Assembly: GCA_002269645.1 (NCBI GenBank)
Contig: NIVC01004931.1
Span: 1 to 31,094, forward strand
Direction of reading: 5' to 3'
DNA: 31,094 bases
Source: Macrostomum lignano
Taxonomy: Eukaryota
In this document: one piece after another, positions 10,816 to 23,179 of the stretch
Position numbering within the stretch: the stretch's first letter is position 1
Layout of the letters: each line of letters opens with the position of its first letter
The notes under the pieces: generated by a model
Told to the model about the DNA's origin: nothing
What the model saw: only the letters and a program-made list of their open reading frames with translations
Database searches by the model: none
Program-made: the position numbers and the translations under genes

Positions 10816-10831
10816 AGGTCATTTAAGGTCA
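10816..10831 (+). promoter_or_regulatory. Perfect DR4 nuclear-receptor-type element AGGTCA-ttta-AGGTCA
   Basis: Exact motif in the AT-rich region ~1.1 kb upstream of the GCC2 ATG; function not shown. Confidence 0.25.
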
Positions 10832-11901
10832 CACAAATCAGCTGATTCTTAATGCCGCACGAATATTATGGAAACTTGCTTATAAATTTCAGTGTAATAT
10901 TTCGGAGTATCTTACGTTCACTGCCAGCTTTTTATTCTTATCGTTTTGGCAATCTAGTTATTGACGCTTCAATTATATTGTTTATTAATTAGAGTTTGCT
11001 GTTTCACTTTATTGTTATCGATATTTTTATTAAATCGTTTTAAATGTAATTTTTTAACTGCAACAGTTGCTGCACCTTATTCTAGAGTGTTCAATTCTCT
11101 TGAACTACATTCGTAGGGATGTAAGTACAAGATATTTTTAAATTACCAGTTGCCAGCGGTCTCTTGGATTAAAAGTTCAGTAACTCTAATAGTTTTCTTA
11201 GTTGTAGTAATGAGTTAACCTAATCTCTGCGAAAATTAATTGTCTGAAGTATTTTTGAGTATGTTGGATAGAAAACATTAACTAAAACTTTTTTCAGTAG
11301 TTTCTTGAATAAAGTTTCGGTAACTAATTGTCTAAATCGTTTTTTTGTGTTTTAAAATATATAAGCAAAAATAGTAGATTTGGTATTATTTTTTGAAGCT
11401 CTGATTAGTGTGTTAGATTTCTTGTTTATTTCCATTTTAAACTTATAGCGGTCCATTAAATTCCTACTTTTTATTAACGCAGAAACGGTTATTGATTTTT
11501 GTAAGAATTACACCCACAGGCTCTAGTTCATGTTTTCCAAGTTCTCTACTTTTGTTTTCTTGTCTCCTTACTCGACAATTAGCTATCATTTAACTACATT
11601 CTACGACTATCTGTAAACAGCAATTATAAATTACTATTTTCAACTTTATTTTGAATCACCTGTAAGTGATATTTTAACAGGCAATATTTAGTCCTTGAAA
11701 ATTATTTCAAGTCTCTTACAGAGTGTGCTTTTCTTAATAATTTTTTGTTCTTAATTATTATATTCAAAATTAAATATAACTAATAACATTGATTTCCTTA
11801 AATCCATGTTTTCCGTCGAAGGTGGCCAACAAAGTTCAGCAGAGAGATAAAGCCTTCGATAAATTAAGCTGTCGCAATTCGAAGACCGAGACAGCATCAT
11901 T

Positions 11902-14900
11902 ATGTCTTCAACGTCTTCCACTGCACAGGACGATATGGAAGCAAAGTTTCGCCAATCTGAAGACAAGATTAACAAGCTCAAAGCTATGGTAATCAAAGAG
12001 AAGAAGGCTAACGCCGAATTAAAGTCCAGTTTTGACAAGTGCCAGACTGAGCGAGACCAGCTGACTGACCAGCTAGCCAGACTGTCGGCTACAATCGGAG
12101 ACCTGCAAGTTGATGCCGACGCTTTCGATGATGCTAAGCGTCAATTAGACAGCCTAAAGCATGAGAATGCTCAACTGAAGGATCAGGTTGTGAGTTTGAC
12201 AAAGCAAGTTGATGATGCTCAGTCTAGTACCGATTGTCGCGTTGAAGATGTTAAGCGAGAAAACTCTACGCTTAAAGATGAACTAGCCGCCGTAAAACAA
12301 CAAATTGACGCACTGAAAGCTAATGACACCAATTTGAATCAAGAAAATGCTCAACTGATTAAAGAAATTGCAAGTTTAAAATCGCAGTTGAGTCTCAAGA
12401 AGGGAATAATTCACTTTTGGATCAAATCAATGAGTTGAAATCCGAGGTTGGGCGGCTGGAGACTGTCCAACACGAAAAGGAAGAACTTAGTAAAGAAATT
12501 GCCAATCTGAAAGCAAGCGCTGATGCTGCTGCTTCTGAGTTGAACTCTATTCGGCAGGAGAGAGACGATGCACTCTCTCAAATTAATCGAATGAAGAGCC
12601 AACTAGAGACTGCAGTGACAATGAAGAACAAGTTTCTAATTTGAGAGCTGAAAATCTGGAACTTCGCAACGAGTTTTCGCAGCTTCAGGCTCAAATTGAA
12701 TCAACTAAAAGCACTGCTGACGCTGTCAGTTTCGAGAGAGACGAAGCATTGAAAGAGGTTGGTCGTATGCGCACTGAGCTTGAAGCATCAACTGATGCGG
12801 CTAGTGAATTGGCCAGCATTCGAGAGTCTAATTCCCAGTTGACAGATGAAATAACTCGATTGAAATCTGAGATCAAAGCCTTGAATGCTGAAAATGAAGC
12901 TCTTAAGCATGCAAAGACCGACTCTGATGCTATTAACGACAGTCTCAAAAGTCAAAATGACCAGCTCATTAATGAGTTGGCTGGCTTAAAAGCAGAAATA
13001 GACGTCGCGAATGCAAGTGTTGACTCGGAAAAGCTTAAAACGAGTGAACTAACAGAAGAAATTGCCAAAATGAACTCAGAACTTGAGACAGTGAAAACCA
13101 TGGGAAATAGTGAGAACACTGAGCTAGTTAGTGAGGTTTCGCGCTTAAAAGTCGAATTGGAATCAGCATTTGCCACTACAGAGTCTGTCAAGCTTGAGAA
13201 TGTAGAACTTCTTAAGCAGGTTGACAGCATGAAAGCACAATTAGAAGCCGAATGTGCAAGTCACGATCAGTTGGAAAGCGTTCGAAATGAGAACGTTAAC
13301 CTCACTGAAGAAGTCTCTCGTCTTCAGACTCTGATTAAAACTGCTAGCAGTGATGCTGAGTGTTTCAAGCTCAAGAACAATGAGCTTGCCGAAGAAATTC
13401 AAGAATTGAAGATAGAGCTTGAATCAGCTAATTCCAGTAACGTTCAACTGAATGAATTGCAGCGTGAGAGGGATGCGCTTAGCAATGAAGTTTCTCGATT
13501 AAAAGCGGAGCTTGAAGCCAACTCTAGCGCAGCTACCTTAGTTGAGGACGATCGTGACGAGTTGAACGAGGAAGTAAAGAGGCTTAAGGCGAAACTTGTT
13601 GAAGTTTCTAATGCACATGAAATCGAACGGGATCAGTTAACAAGTGAAAATAATCGACTCAGTGAAGAAATTTCCAGGCTAAAAGATGAATCCAGCCAAG
13701 GTGATGACAATAAAATCAGTGGCCAAGTCGAGCCAACTGACAGTACGCCCGAAGTTTCAAGTATAAGACTCGAACTTGAAGAAGCCAACGCCGATCGAGA
13801 CAGGTATGCCGCCGAAGTTGACAAACTGCTCGAATTAAATATGAAATTGTATGACGACAATGCTAAGTTGGCCAAGTCAAAAGAAGAATTGGAGGCTTTA
13901 TTAGGTCCACGACCGGAGGGTGAAGGAGAAGAGAGCACATCAGCTGATGCGGCATCTTTGAATCCCAGCTCGACTACTGACCCTGAAGCAAGTGTCGAGT
14001 TATCTAACCTGCAAGAGGAAATTATTCGATTAAGAGAAGAAAATGCGATGCTGCTGTCGAAGAAAGAACAGTCTGAGACTTTAGAGAAAGATCCCGATGA
14101 AAATTTTCAAGATATCATTAATGAAAGAGAGGAGCTATTAGACCAGGTCTCCTGCTTGGAGAAGCAGATAAGATCGCTGGAACGAAGGTTAGATGCGTCT
14201 AGCGATATGCTTGCCGAGTCCGATCGGCGACAAGAGACCCTCGAAGCTGAGAACACGCAACTTAAAGAACTATTAGCCACATTTCAGTCTGACATTGCCG
14301 TTCTAAAGGAGGATGTAAAAGGCAGTGAGCCACGTTTGCTGAAATCATTAATAGATATATTGGAAAACCTCAGTCAGGTTGCCAGCCAGAGACAGACGAT
14401 TGACTTTCAAGAACTTCTTTCGCCTTTATCAGATGAAGCTCTTAGTCCAGACAATATCCAGCAGCTTAAATCAGTCCTGGAACCTCTGGCTAATAAGCTG
14501 TCTGGTGCCGAGTTGTTAAAGGATGGTGTTGATCGATTAACTAACAAGTGCAACCACCTTGAAGAGGAATTGCAGTCGCGTGTTGAACAATACGACGAAT
14601 TGGTTCGCCGACGTGATAAGTTAGCTGAAGAGGTGGACACATTGCAACAAGCTGTAGAAAGCCAAGTAAGCATTGCTCGCGACGTTGAAATGGAGAAAAG
14701 TAACCTGCAAAGTGAGCTCCGCGAATGGCAGAACCGCGCCGAGGAGAAAGAATCCTTCCTACAGGAAGAGTTGCGCGATCTTCGACGCTGTGTCAGCACG
14801 AAGGAAGAACAGTTGGAACGATTGCAGATTACTCTGCGCCACGAGCTGGCGGCAAGAGATAGCGAAATTCAGCGCCTTAACGACGAGTTTGTGAACTATT

Positions 14901-15786
14901 CCAATCGTGCCGGAGATACGGATGAAGCTCAGTCACGAGTTTCCGCTTTGGAAGCTGAAAATGCCAGCTTGCGTGAAGCTCACGATGCTCTACATCAACG
15001 CGAAGTGGCCAGCGCTGACAAATTAGACAAGATGAAGCAGCTAATTGTAAAATTAAAACGAGAATCTGGTCCGGCAAAGGAGCAGCTTGAGCAGGCGCGC
15101 TCCGAGTCTGGCCAGTTAAAAGCTCGTCTGACGGCGCTAGAAAAAGAGCTGAGCGTTGCAAAATGCAACTTGATCAGCAGATGTCCGACCGAACAGCTGC
15201 CGAGGAAGAATTAAAGAAAGTGAAACGCGAACTTGAAGAATCTACTAGAGCTCACGAACTCGAAGTTAATCTATTGCAGGAAAGGTTGGAAGCGGCGCAG
15301 ACCGGCGTCAGCCAATCAAAGATGCTTGATCTTGAACTAGCCGAGCTGGAGCGAAACGTTGACGTTTATAAAAATCTTCTCGACGATAAGGAAGCTGTAT
15401 TGGCTGAAAAGGTTAATGAGTTAGCAACCATGACGGAGTCTTGTCGCAGCTTGGAAACTCAGTTACAAGAAGCTCAGTCACAACGAGCTGCATCCGAGGA
15501 GCGAGTAGGCAAGTTAAAGCAGATGCTGGTGAAAAGCAAGAAAGAGTTGGCTGAAGTGCAGAAGTCGATGCAAGAAACGGAGGAACGCTCACGCGACTCA
15601 ATTAGAGAGCGTGACTGTCTGACTTCTGAAATTGACGACCTAAAATTGCAGCTTTCGTCTGCGTTAGCTCTGAAGGTTTCCACAGACCAAGAGTTAACTA
15701 ATACTAAGAATCGGTTTCAGGCGCGCTTGCAGGCTACGGAAGAGAAGCTTAACTCTGCTAGAGCTAAACTAGAGCAAGCTGAGCAG
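11902..15786 (+). CDS. GCC2: GCC2/GCC185 golgin, first coding exon (~3.9 kb coiled coil); three -1 frameshifts at ~12390, ~12614 and ~15160
   Basis: Continuous E/K/L-rich heptad coding across ORFs 11902-12438, 12417-12644, 12641-15214 and 15163-15816. KLKAMVIKEKK, KMKQLIVKLKRE and KLKQMLVKSKKELAE resemble GCC2 segments. Donor CAG|GTGCGT at 15786/15787. Splices in frame to the GRIP-domain exon. Confidence 0.8.
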
Positions 15787-16031
15787 GTGCGTGTCTATCT
15801 TGTGTCTTGGTTTTGACTTTTGAGTTAGTAAGAACTAAAAGTTAGAAAAGTTAGTTAGAACTAAAACATAATATTCACTAGGTACTTAGGTAAGAATGTT
15901 TTTCGCACTGGATCAGACAGGTTGCAGTGTCCGGAATCGTAGGGGTCAAGACATGTGGGAAGTCTCCCATGGCTCGCTTCATTAAACTCCAAAAAGTTAC
16001 AGCCCCCAATGCTCCCCGACCTTCATCGCAG

Positions 16032-16439
16032 GCCCGTCAAACTCTTGCCGAGGACTTCGACGCCTACAAAACGAAAGTGTCGGCCGCATGGCGCGCCGAA
16101 AAGCGCCAGCCAATCGCAGCCAAGACGTCGGCTGCTGCCAACGTGTCGACAAAGTCGGCCACTGGTGGCGAGTCCGACGCGGCTGATTCCGAGCTGCTCC
16201 GTCAACGACTCGAACAGGCCGTTGCCAGTCTCAAGGAGCAGCTGGCCGCTTCGCAGGCCGCCACCGCAGACGCTCAAGACGAGCGGGACGCGGTTGCGCG
16301 CGAACTCGATGCTCAACGACGGCGTGGCGAAACGCGCGAAGCCGAGGCTGCGGCACGCGAGGCGCGGCTTCAGGCCCGGCTGGACCAGCTGGCTGAGGCT
16401 GAAGCGCGGGCGGGCGAGCGGGCTCGGCTGGAGATGCAG
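16032..16439 (+). CDS. GCC2: GCC2 coding exon 2
   Basis: Acceptor CATCGCAG| at 16031, phase 0. LAEDFDAYKTKV resembles the GCC2 EFENYKVRV motif. Donor CAG|GTGAGC at 16439/16440. Confidence 0.85.
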
Positions 16440-16444
16440 GTGAG

Positions 16445-17085
16445 CACCCTCCTAGATCTTCAGTTGCTGGGCCAGCCTCCCAGAGTGTCAGTTGCTGGGC
16501 CAGCCTCCCAGAGTTTCAGTTGCTGGGCCAGCCTCCCAGAGTGTCAGTTGCTGGGCCAGCCTCCCAGAGTGTCAGTTGCTGGGCCAGCCTCCCAGAGTGT
16601 CAGTTGCTGGGCCAGCCTCCCAGAGTGTCAGTTGCTGGGCCAGCCTCCCAGAGTGTCAGTTGCTGGGCCAGCCTCCCAGAGTGTCAGTTGCTGGGCCAGC
16701 CTCCCAGAGTGTCAGTTGCTGGGCCAGCCTCCTAGATCTTCAGTTGCTGGGCCAGCCTCCCAGAGTGTCAGTTGCTGGGCCAGCCTCCCAGAGTTTCAGT
16801 TGCTGGGCCAGCCTCCCAGAGTGTCAGTTGCTGGGCCAGCTCCCCAGAGTGTCAGTTGCTGGGCCAGCCTCCCAGAGTGTCAGTTGCTGGGCCAGCCTCC
16901 CAGAGTGTCAGTTGCTGGGCCAGCCTCCCAGAGTGTCAGTTGCTGGGCCAGCCTCCCAGAGTGTCAGTTGCTGGGCCAGCCTCCCAGAGTGTCAGTTGCT
17001 GGGCCAGCCTCCCAGAGTGTCAGTTGCTGGGCCAGCCTCCCAGAGTGTCAGTTGCTGGGCCAGCCTCTTAGATCTCCAGTTGCTG
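16445..17085. repeat. Intronic 28-bp minisatellite CAGTTGCTGGGCCAGCCTCCCAGAGTGT, about 22 copies
   Basis: Direct inspection. Variant markers CTAGATCTT (16452, 16732) and GAGTTTCAG (16511, 16791) are 280 bp apart. Confidence 0.97.
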
Positions 17086-17323
17086 CGCTACCACCGTCTG
17101 GAGTCCTCATCGGTGCAGAGTGAGATTGGATTGTCCGTATAGTGAAAATAGGGACACTGAAGTGACCATAAAATATCATCCTTGGTTGCTGAGCAGTCGC
17201 TATTGTCTCAGATCCTCAGATCTTCCCAGCTGCTAATCTACTATTACTACGTGGCAAATCGTGGTGCTCCTATTAGTAAATTATCAAACCAAGTAAGCCC
17301 GGCTCCGCTCTTCCCATCCGCAG

Positions 17324-17793
17324 TCCCGCGAGCAGGCCTGGTCCCAGCTGGAGGCTGGCCTGCGCGAGCGCATCGCCGAGCTCGAGTCTCGTGTAGACAG
17401 CCTAGAAGAGGCCAATCACGAGCTGCAGTGCGCAGCTGATAAAGCTAACGCCGCCGCTGCCGCTGAAAAAGAAAAAATTCAACAGCAACAGCAACAGCAA
17501 AAGCAAACCCATCCGCCGCAGACTCCGCCGCCACCGGCACCGCCTCCTCCTCCGCCGAAGGAACGTCGACCAGCTGCTGAAGGAAGCGAGGCCACGACTT
17601 CCGTTTCCGCTGCCTCCGCCACTTCCGCAGCCACCTCGTCGCCTAGCGGATCGAGTATTGTTCCGTTAGAGCAGCTGCTTCTGATGCAGCAGCAGAAACT
17701 GCAACAGGACGGCAACAGCGGCGGTGGCGGCGGTGCAACTGCTGATTTTGAATCTGTTGATGCCATGCGACTGGCTTTAATTAAAGCCAACAG
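17324..17793 (+). CDS. GCC2: GCC2 coding exon 3 (Gln/Pro/Ala-rich linker)
   Basis: Acceptor CCATCCGCAG| at 17323. Reads SREQAWSQLEAGLRERIAELE...QQQQQQKQTHPPQTPPPPAPPPPPP...PLEQLLL (cf. GCC2 SLEQLL). Phase-2 donor AG|GTATGT at 17793/17794. Confidence 0.8.
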
Positions 17794-17811
17794 GTATGTT
17801 GTTTATTGACC

Positions 17812-18245
17812 ATAGTATTGTCATGCTAGTGTCATAGTGTCATGACTCATAGTGTGCTAGTGTCATAGTGTCATGACTCATAGTGTGCTAGTGTCATAGT
17901 GGCATGACTCGTAGTGTGCTAGTGTCATAGTGGCATGACTCGTAGTGTGCTAGTGTCATAGTGTACGAGTACTAGGGTCAAAGTGTCATGGTGTGCTAGT
18001 GTCACACTGTACTGGTGTCATAGTGCACTAGTGTCACACTGCACTAGTGTCACACTGCACTAGTGTCACACTGCACCAGTGTCACACTGCACTAGTGTCA
18101 CACTACACTAGTGTCACACTGCACTAGTGTCACACTGCACTAGTGTCACACTGCACTAGTGTCACACTGCACTAGTGTCACACTGCACTAGTGTCACACT
18201 GCACTAGTGTCACACTGCACCAGTGTCATACTGCACTAGTGTCAT
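17812..18245. repeat. Intronic compound minisatellite: 31-bp units (CTAGTGTCATAGTGTCATGACTCATAGTGTG) turning into 16-bp quasi-palindromic units (GCACTAGTGTCACACT)
   Basis: GCTAG at 17825 and 17856 (period 31); GCACTAGT at 18121 and 18137 (period 16). Confidence 0.93.
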
Positions 18246-18408
18246 CGTACACAAACTTTTGTAGCTCCGCTCCCCCGTTAGTTCCGCATTGACACCCCCA
18301 GTACTTTTCTCAGATTTTCAATCAGAGTAAATCTTACCTTAGATTTGGGTGTTCACACCTTCGATATAACTGACTGCATATCCTCTCTCTCTGTGTCTCA
18401 CTACTCAG

Positions 18409-18775
18409 ACGAATCGAGCACCTGACCTCGTTGCTAAGCGAGTCCGAAGAGATGTCCGTGCGCCTGGCCGAACAGGCTCGCGTTCTCAAAGAAGAAATCC
18501 GTCGACAAGAGCGCAACGCGGAGCGCAATAATTCGTTGCGCAATTTGGAATATCTAAAAAATATTGTGCTACAATTTCTAACGCTCAGACAGGAACGCCA
18601 TCAGCTGTTGCCTGTGTTGAACACTATGCTGCAGTTGAGCACAGATGAGCAGCAGAGATTGGCTAAAGCGGCTGCCGACGATGCGGCCGCCACGGCGGCT
18701 GCTGAAGCCTCCAGACGACGGGATCCTGGCGGCGAAGGCTGGAACAGCTACTTCCAGTGGTCTAGCATTGGCTAA
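18409..18775 (+). CDS. GCC2: GCC2 last exon, GRIP domain
   Basis: Acceptor CTACTCAG| at 18408. LKEEIRRQERNAER..NLEYLKNIVLQFL..ERHQLLPVLNTMLQLSTDEQQRL and the terminal GWNSYFQWS match the GCC2 GRIP C-terminus. Stop at 18773-18775; AATAAA at 18872. Confidence 0.93.
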
Positions 18776-20319
18776 GGGCCTCGTCTAGTCTTAGAATTAT
18801 ACAATTATGAACCAATTCGAATTTTTCCTCAGGTTGTTGACTTCAATATTGACAAACCTGAAACCACCCAAAATAAATCCAAACCACAGGTGACTGCTTA
18901 AAACGTGTAGTCTATTATTGACTAACTGTAAGTTCTTAACTTTTCATCCGTGTGCCAAGTATGCAATAGGTCTACAAATCTCTACAAATACTATAGATAG
19001 TGTTCATTTTGTCTTCTTGTTTGGAAGGATACAAACTTTGCTATTGTGATAATTTCTGTTTTTTCTTTCACTATAAGCTAGAAATGCCATGTATAAATAT
19101 TTATATGTAGTTTTAACTCACATCTTATATGCTTATTAAAACTCGGGTGAACAGAAATTATTTATACGGTTGTCTTTATATATAATACATTGAGACTAGC
19201 ACTAAATATTTATTAAAGGTTTTTTGGGCGATTTTTTGCTTATGCTACTGTAAGTAGAGCTATTTCTGTTGTTAAGGTGTGAAACTTTTGTTGCTTAAAA
19301 GTTGTTTTTGCCATTATTCACAATGTCACTGCTTTGTTCCGTAAATTCTTGGCAAGCGTAAAAACTGTCGCAGTGTTTATTTTCTTTAACTAAATATATA
19401 CAATCCAATTTTCAATATTGTATATAATTTCATTTTATTTGCAAACTTACAGTATTTCGCTTTGCGCGAAGTACAAATTTATTAAGTTTTTGACTACTTT
19501 ATTTTAAGCTAGTAGTCTACCAAAATACTTAATAATAGTCTGATTAATTTCTAAAGTACTGTGATTGTGCGTTGCGCGAAATGCCTCTAAGTAGCATTTT
19601 AACACATCAGGTACAATAAAAATTTAAACTACAATGTTCAGGTCAGCACTTAACCTTATGCTGAGAAATAGCTTAGAGGATAGTTCACTATTTGCGTTAT
19701 TAGTGCCCATCTGTGTGCCCATCTATAGCTACGAGGCGAAGATATAAATATTAGTAAACTCGGCGGCTGGAATTGCTAGTGTTCGGTCCATATAGATGCT
19801 GAAGAACTGTCGCTACCAAGAGATCTTAAAGCACCCAGAGGCGTAACTTTTATTTTGCGTTGTGAGCCTTTGCACCTGTGAAAATAAATATTTAAAATTT
19901 CTTAAAGTAAGCATTTTTAGCTAGACAAGAAGCAAAGCAATTTACGAGATGTTTTGTTGTAGTGAGTCAAAAAATTAATTTGTAAATTTTCGAGGAACCC
20001 TAAACTGAAAAGCCGAACAATGGTGGACAGACAGAACTCGACTTGTTAACAGAATTGAATTGAATATAACCTTTACACCCGAATACTTGTGAGATACTAC
20101 CTTTGTTTTATCCAGTTAATAATTTGCATTACTAATTTTTTATGCATTTAGCATAAAAATACATTTTAATTATTTTAAGCACAGTCAATATGGAATTGAA
20201 ACCATTTCAAACTAGGATGAATAAATAATAGGCCCTAATAGTAATAAACTAGTAAATAGTAAATAATTTACCTTTTCCAACATAAAAAGATAAGCTTCTG
20301 ACTGACTGACACTGAAAAA

Positions 20320-20703
20320 ATGTGTGTCATTTCAAAAATAACGTTCGTGACAGTTCTTTTTTCTATCATCGTATATTCCAGCTTATTAACATCAGTTAGA
20401 CCTACCCCTAACCATAGCACATCTGAAAGTCATTTAATTCTTTCGAGCTATTTAAAGCTTGCACTCAAGTATACTGCGAGCTCAACTACATTCGACAAAA
20501 GTCAAGCATCAAACTCCTCATTAAGCCCTTTAAGTCTTATTGGACTTCATATTCATGATATTGCAAATGGTCATGGTGGATTATTTGATGTAAAAACAAC
20601 TATTGGTATAACACTTTCAAAAGATATGAAAGACACCACAAAACTCAAGGTTCTAAGTGCATTTCAAAATTTCTTTGAATTATACCAGTTTTTCTCAATT
20701 CAT
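20320..20703 (+). CDS. TTC13: Probable first coding exon of TTC13 with a signal-peptide-like N-terminus
   Basis: 128 open codons from ATG, hydrophobic ITFVTVLFSIIVYSSLL and a strong phase-0 donor CAT|GTAAGT that fits the phase-0 exon at 25270. More AT-rich than the other exons and homology is weak, so the assignment is inferred. Confidence 0.45.
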
Positions 20704-21051
20704 GTAAGTTTGACTTCTTTTATTTTATTGTTTATAAGAAATTATAACTTTTTTATATTATGATAATTGTGTAAGCCCTATTTAGCAATTTACTCTTTAT
20801 AAAAGCCTAAAATCAGTATTTTATTGCTAGATCTTTGCAAAAAAAGATTAAAAAACTTATTACTTTTCTTAAACTAAAAACAGTTTATTTATTTAATTTT
20901 TTGTTTTTTTCTTAGACTCAGGGAAATTAAACATGATTTCCTAATTTTATTTTTCTTTAATTTTAGAAAGGAGCTATCCTTCTTTATGAATCTGTTGTTT
21001 TTCTAACTATGTAGATAGAGATAGAGACTATGCTAAAGTTGAACTTGGTCA

Positions 21052-21200
21052 TCCTATATATATATACTAAATATGGTCTGTCTGTGTCTATCTATCTATC
21101 TATCTATCTATCTATGTGATCGATTAGAGAAAAAATGGCTGCACCGATTTTGTTCAAACTTGCACTGTTCGATCAGAAATTTTCCCGTGACTGTACATGC
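21052..21200 (+). mobile_element. 5' part of a non-autonomous Helitron-family (Lep1/DINE-1-like) element; 3' end not located
   Basis: A|TCCTATATATATATACTAAATAT, then a (GTCT)/(ATCT)n microsatellite, then GGCTGCACCGATTTTGTTCAAACTTG. This is the order seen in Lep1/DINE-like elements (recalled pattern, not searched). Confidence 0.45.
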
Positions 21201-21700
21201 ATCGCGGCTAAGAAATTGCTCGATGCTAAAGGCATTAAATATTCGAAAAACATGCTTTTTTGCAAAGGTCAAGCAAACTTTTCGACTTGAAATGCATTGT
21301 AAGAATGCTAGAGAAAAAACTGACTGGTTGAATTCTGGTTCTGAAATAGATTGCATCATCACTGAATTGTAACTCCGACTTGAATTGAAAATGCAGTGTG
21401 GAAGCGTAGCACCAGACTTGATTTAAATTGCGTAACCATATTGTTAACTGATACTGACTGACTGAGAAACTGATTATGTCATAACTGCTTCGTGTGATTT
21501 ACTCTATGCTTGGATTTTAAACTGTTGAATTATATATATATATAAGTGCAAAATTTGATGTTATCAAAAAGATGAGAACTAGCCTAGAGGTGAACAGACT
21601 GAACTGCTAAATGCAGCGACGATGGTTCGAATTTTCATAGAGTATAATTTTTTTAATTAAAGCTTTTCAACGTCAGGAAAACTAAAAGACTTTTTAAAAA

Positions 21701-23150
21701 GAAGCGTCATGTAAAAATCATAGTAGCGTCATGTAAAAAATCGTAGAAGCGTCATATAAAAAATCATAGATGCGTCATTTAAAAAATCATAGAAGCATCA
21801 TATAAAAATCATAGATGCGTCATTTAAAAAACCATAGAAGCATCATGTAAACAATCATAGAAGCGTCATTTAAAAAATCATAGAAGCATCATATAAAAAT
21901 CATAGATGCGTCATTTAAAAAATCATAGAAGCATCATGTAAACAATCATAGAAGCATCATTTAAAAAAATCATAGAAGCGTCATATAAAAATCATAGATG
22001 CGTCATTTAAAAAATCATGGAAGCGTCATGTAAACAATCATAGAAGCGTCATGTGAAAATCATAGAAGCGTCACGTAAAGAATCATAGAAGCGTCATGTA
22101 AACAATCATAGAAGCGTCATGTAAACAATCATAGAAGCGTCATGTAAAAAATCATAGAAGCGTCATGTAAACAATTATAGAAGCGTCATGTAAAAAAATC
22201 ATAGAAGCGTCATGTAAACAATCATAGAAGCGTCATGTAAACAATCATAGAAGCGTCATGTAAACAATCATAGAAGCGTCATGTAAAAAATCGTAGAAGC
22301 GTCATTTAAAAAATCATAGAAGCGTCATGCAAAAATCATAGATGCGTCATTTAAAAAATCATGGAAGCGTCATGTAAACAATCATAGAAGCGTCATGTAA
22401 AAAATCATAGAAGCGTCATATAAAAATCATAGATGCATCATTTAAAAAAATCATAGAAGCGTCATATAAAAAATCATAGAAGCGTCATGTAAAAATCATA
22501 GAAGCGTCATGTAAACAACCATAGAAGCGTCATGTAAAAAATCATAGAAGAGTCATGTAAACAATCATAGAAGCGTCATGTAAGCAATCATAGAAGCGTC
22601 ATGTAAACAATCATAGAAGCGTCATGTAAACAATCATAGAAGCGTCATGTAAGCAATCATAAAAGCATCATGTAAACAATCATAGAAGCGTCATGTAAAC
22701 AATCACAGAAGCGTCATGTAAAGAATCATAGAAGCGTCATGTAAAAAAATCATAGATGCGTCATTTAAAAAATCATAGAAGCATCATGTAAACAATCATA
22801 GAAGCGTCATTTAAAAAAATCATAGAAGCGTCATGTGAAAATCATAAAAGCGTCACGTAAAGAATCATAGAAGCGTCATGTAAACAATCATAGAAGCGTC
22901 ATGTAAACAATCATAGAAGCGTCATGTAAACAATTATAGAAGCGTCATGTAAAAAATCATAGAAGCGTCATGTAAACAATCATAGAAGCGTCATGTAAAC
23001 AATCATAGAAGCGTCATTTAAAAAATCATAGAAGCGTCATGTAAACAATCATAGAAGCGTCATGTAAAAAATCATAGAAGCGTCATGTAAAAAATCATAG
23101 AAGCGTCATGTAAAAATTGTAGAAGCGTCATTTAAAAATCATAGAAAATC
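21701..23150. repeat. ~23-25-bp AT-rich satellite (ATCATAGAAGCGTCATGTAAACA), about 60 copies
   Basis: Direct inspection; unit length varies with the A-run. Confidence 0.97.
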
Positions 23151-23179
23151 ATAAAAATCAAAAATTAAATGCAGCTATA

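Noticed and set aside
9190-11800. Short ORFs in the AT-rich region upstream of GCC2
   Set aside because: Phe/Ile/Leu-rich composition typical of AT-rich non-coding DNA, with no motifs or consistent splice phases.
12380-15214. Programmed -1 ribosomal frameshifting in GCC2
   Set aside because: No consistent X XXY YYZ slippery site with a downstream structure at the junctions, and three successive events would leave little full-length protein. Sequence error is simpler.
12691-16316. Several minus-strand ORFs of 60-130 aa over GCC2
   Set aside because: Ser/Leu-rich antisense shadows of a Glu/Lys-rich coding strand.
16492-17142. Long ORFs on both strands (GQPPRVSVAGPASQ repeats), including the 3' half of ORF 15927-17123
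   Set aside because: They come from the 28-bp array. The real exon ends at the GTGAGC donor at 16440.
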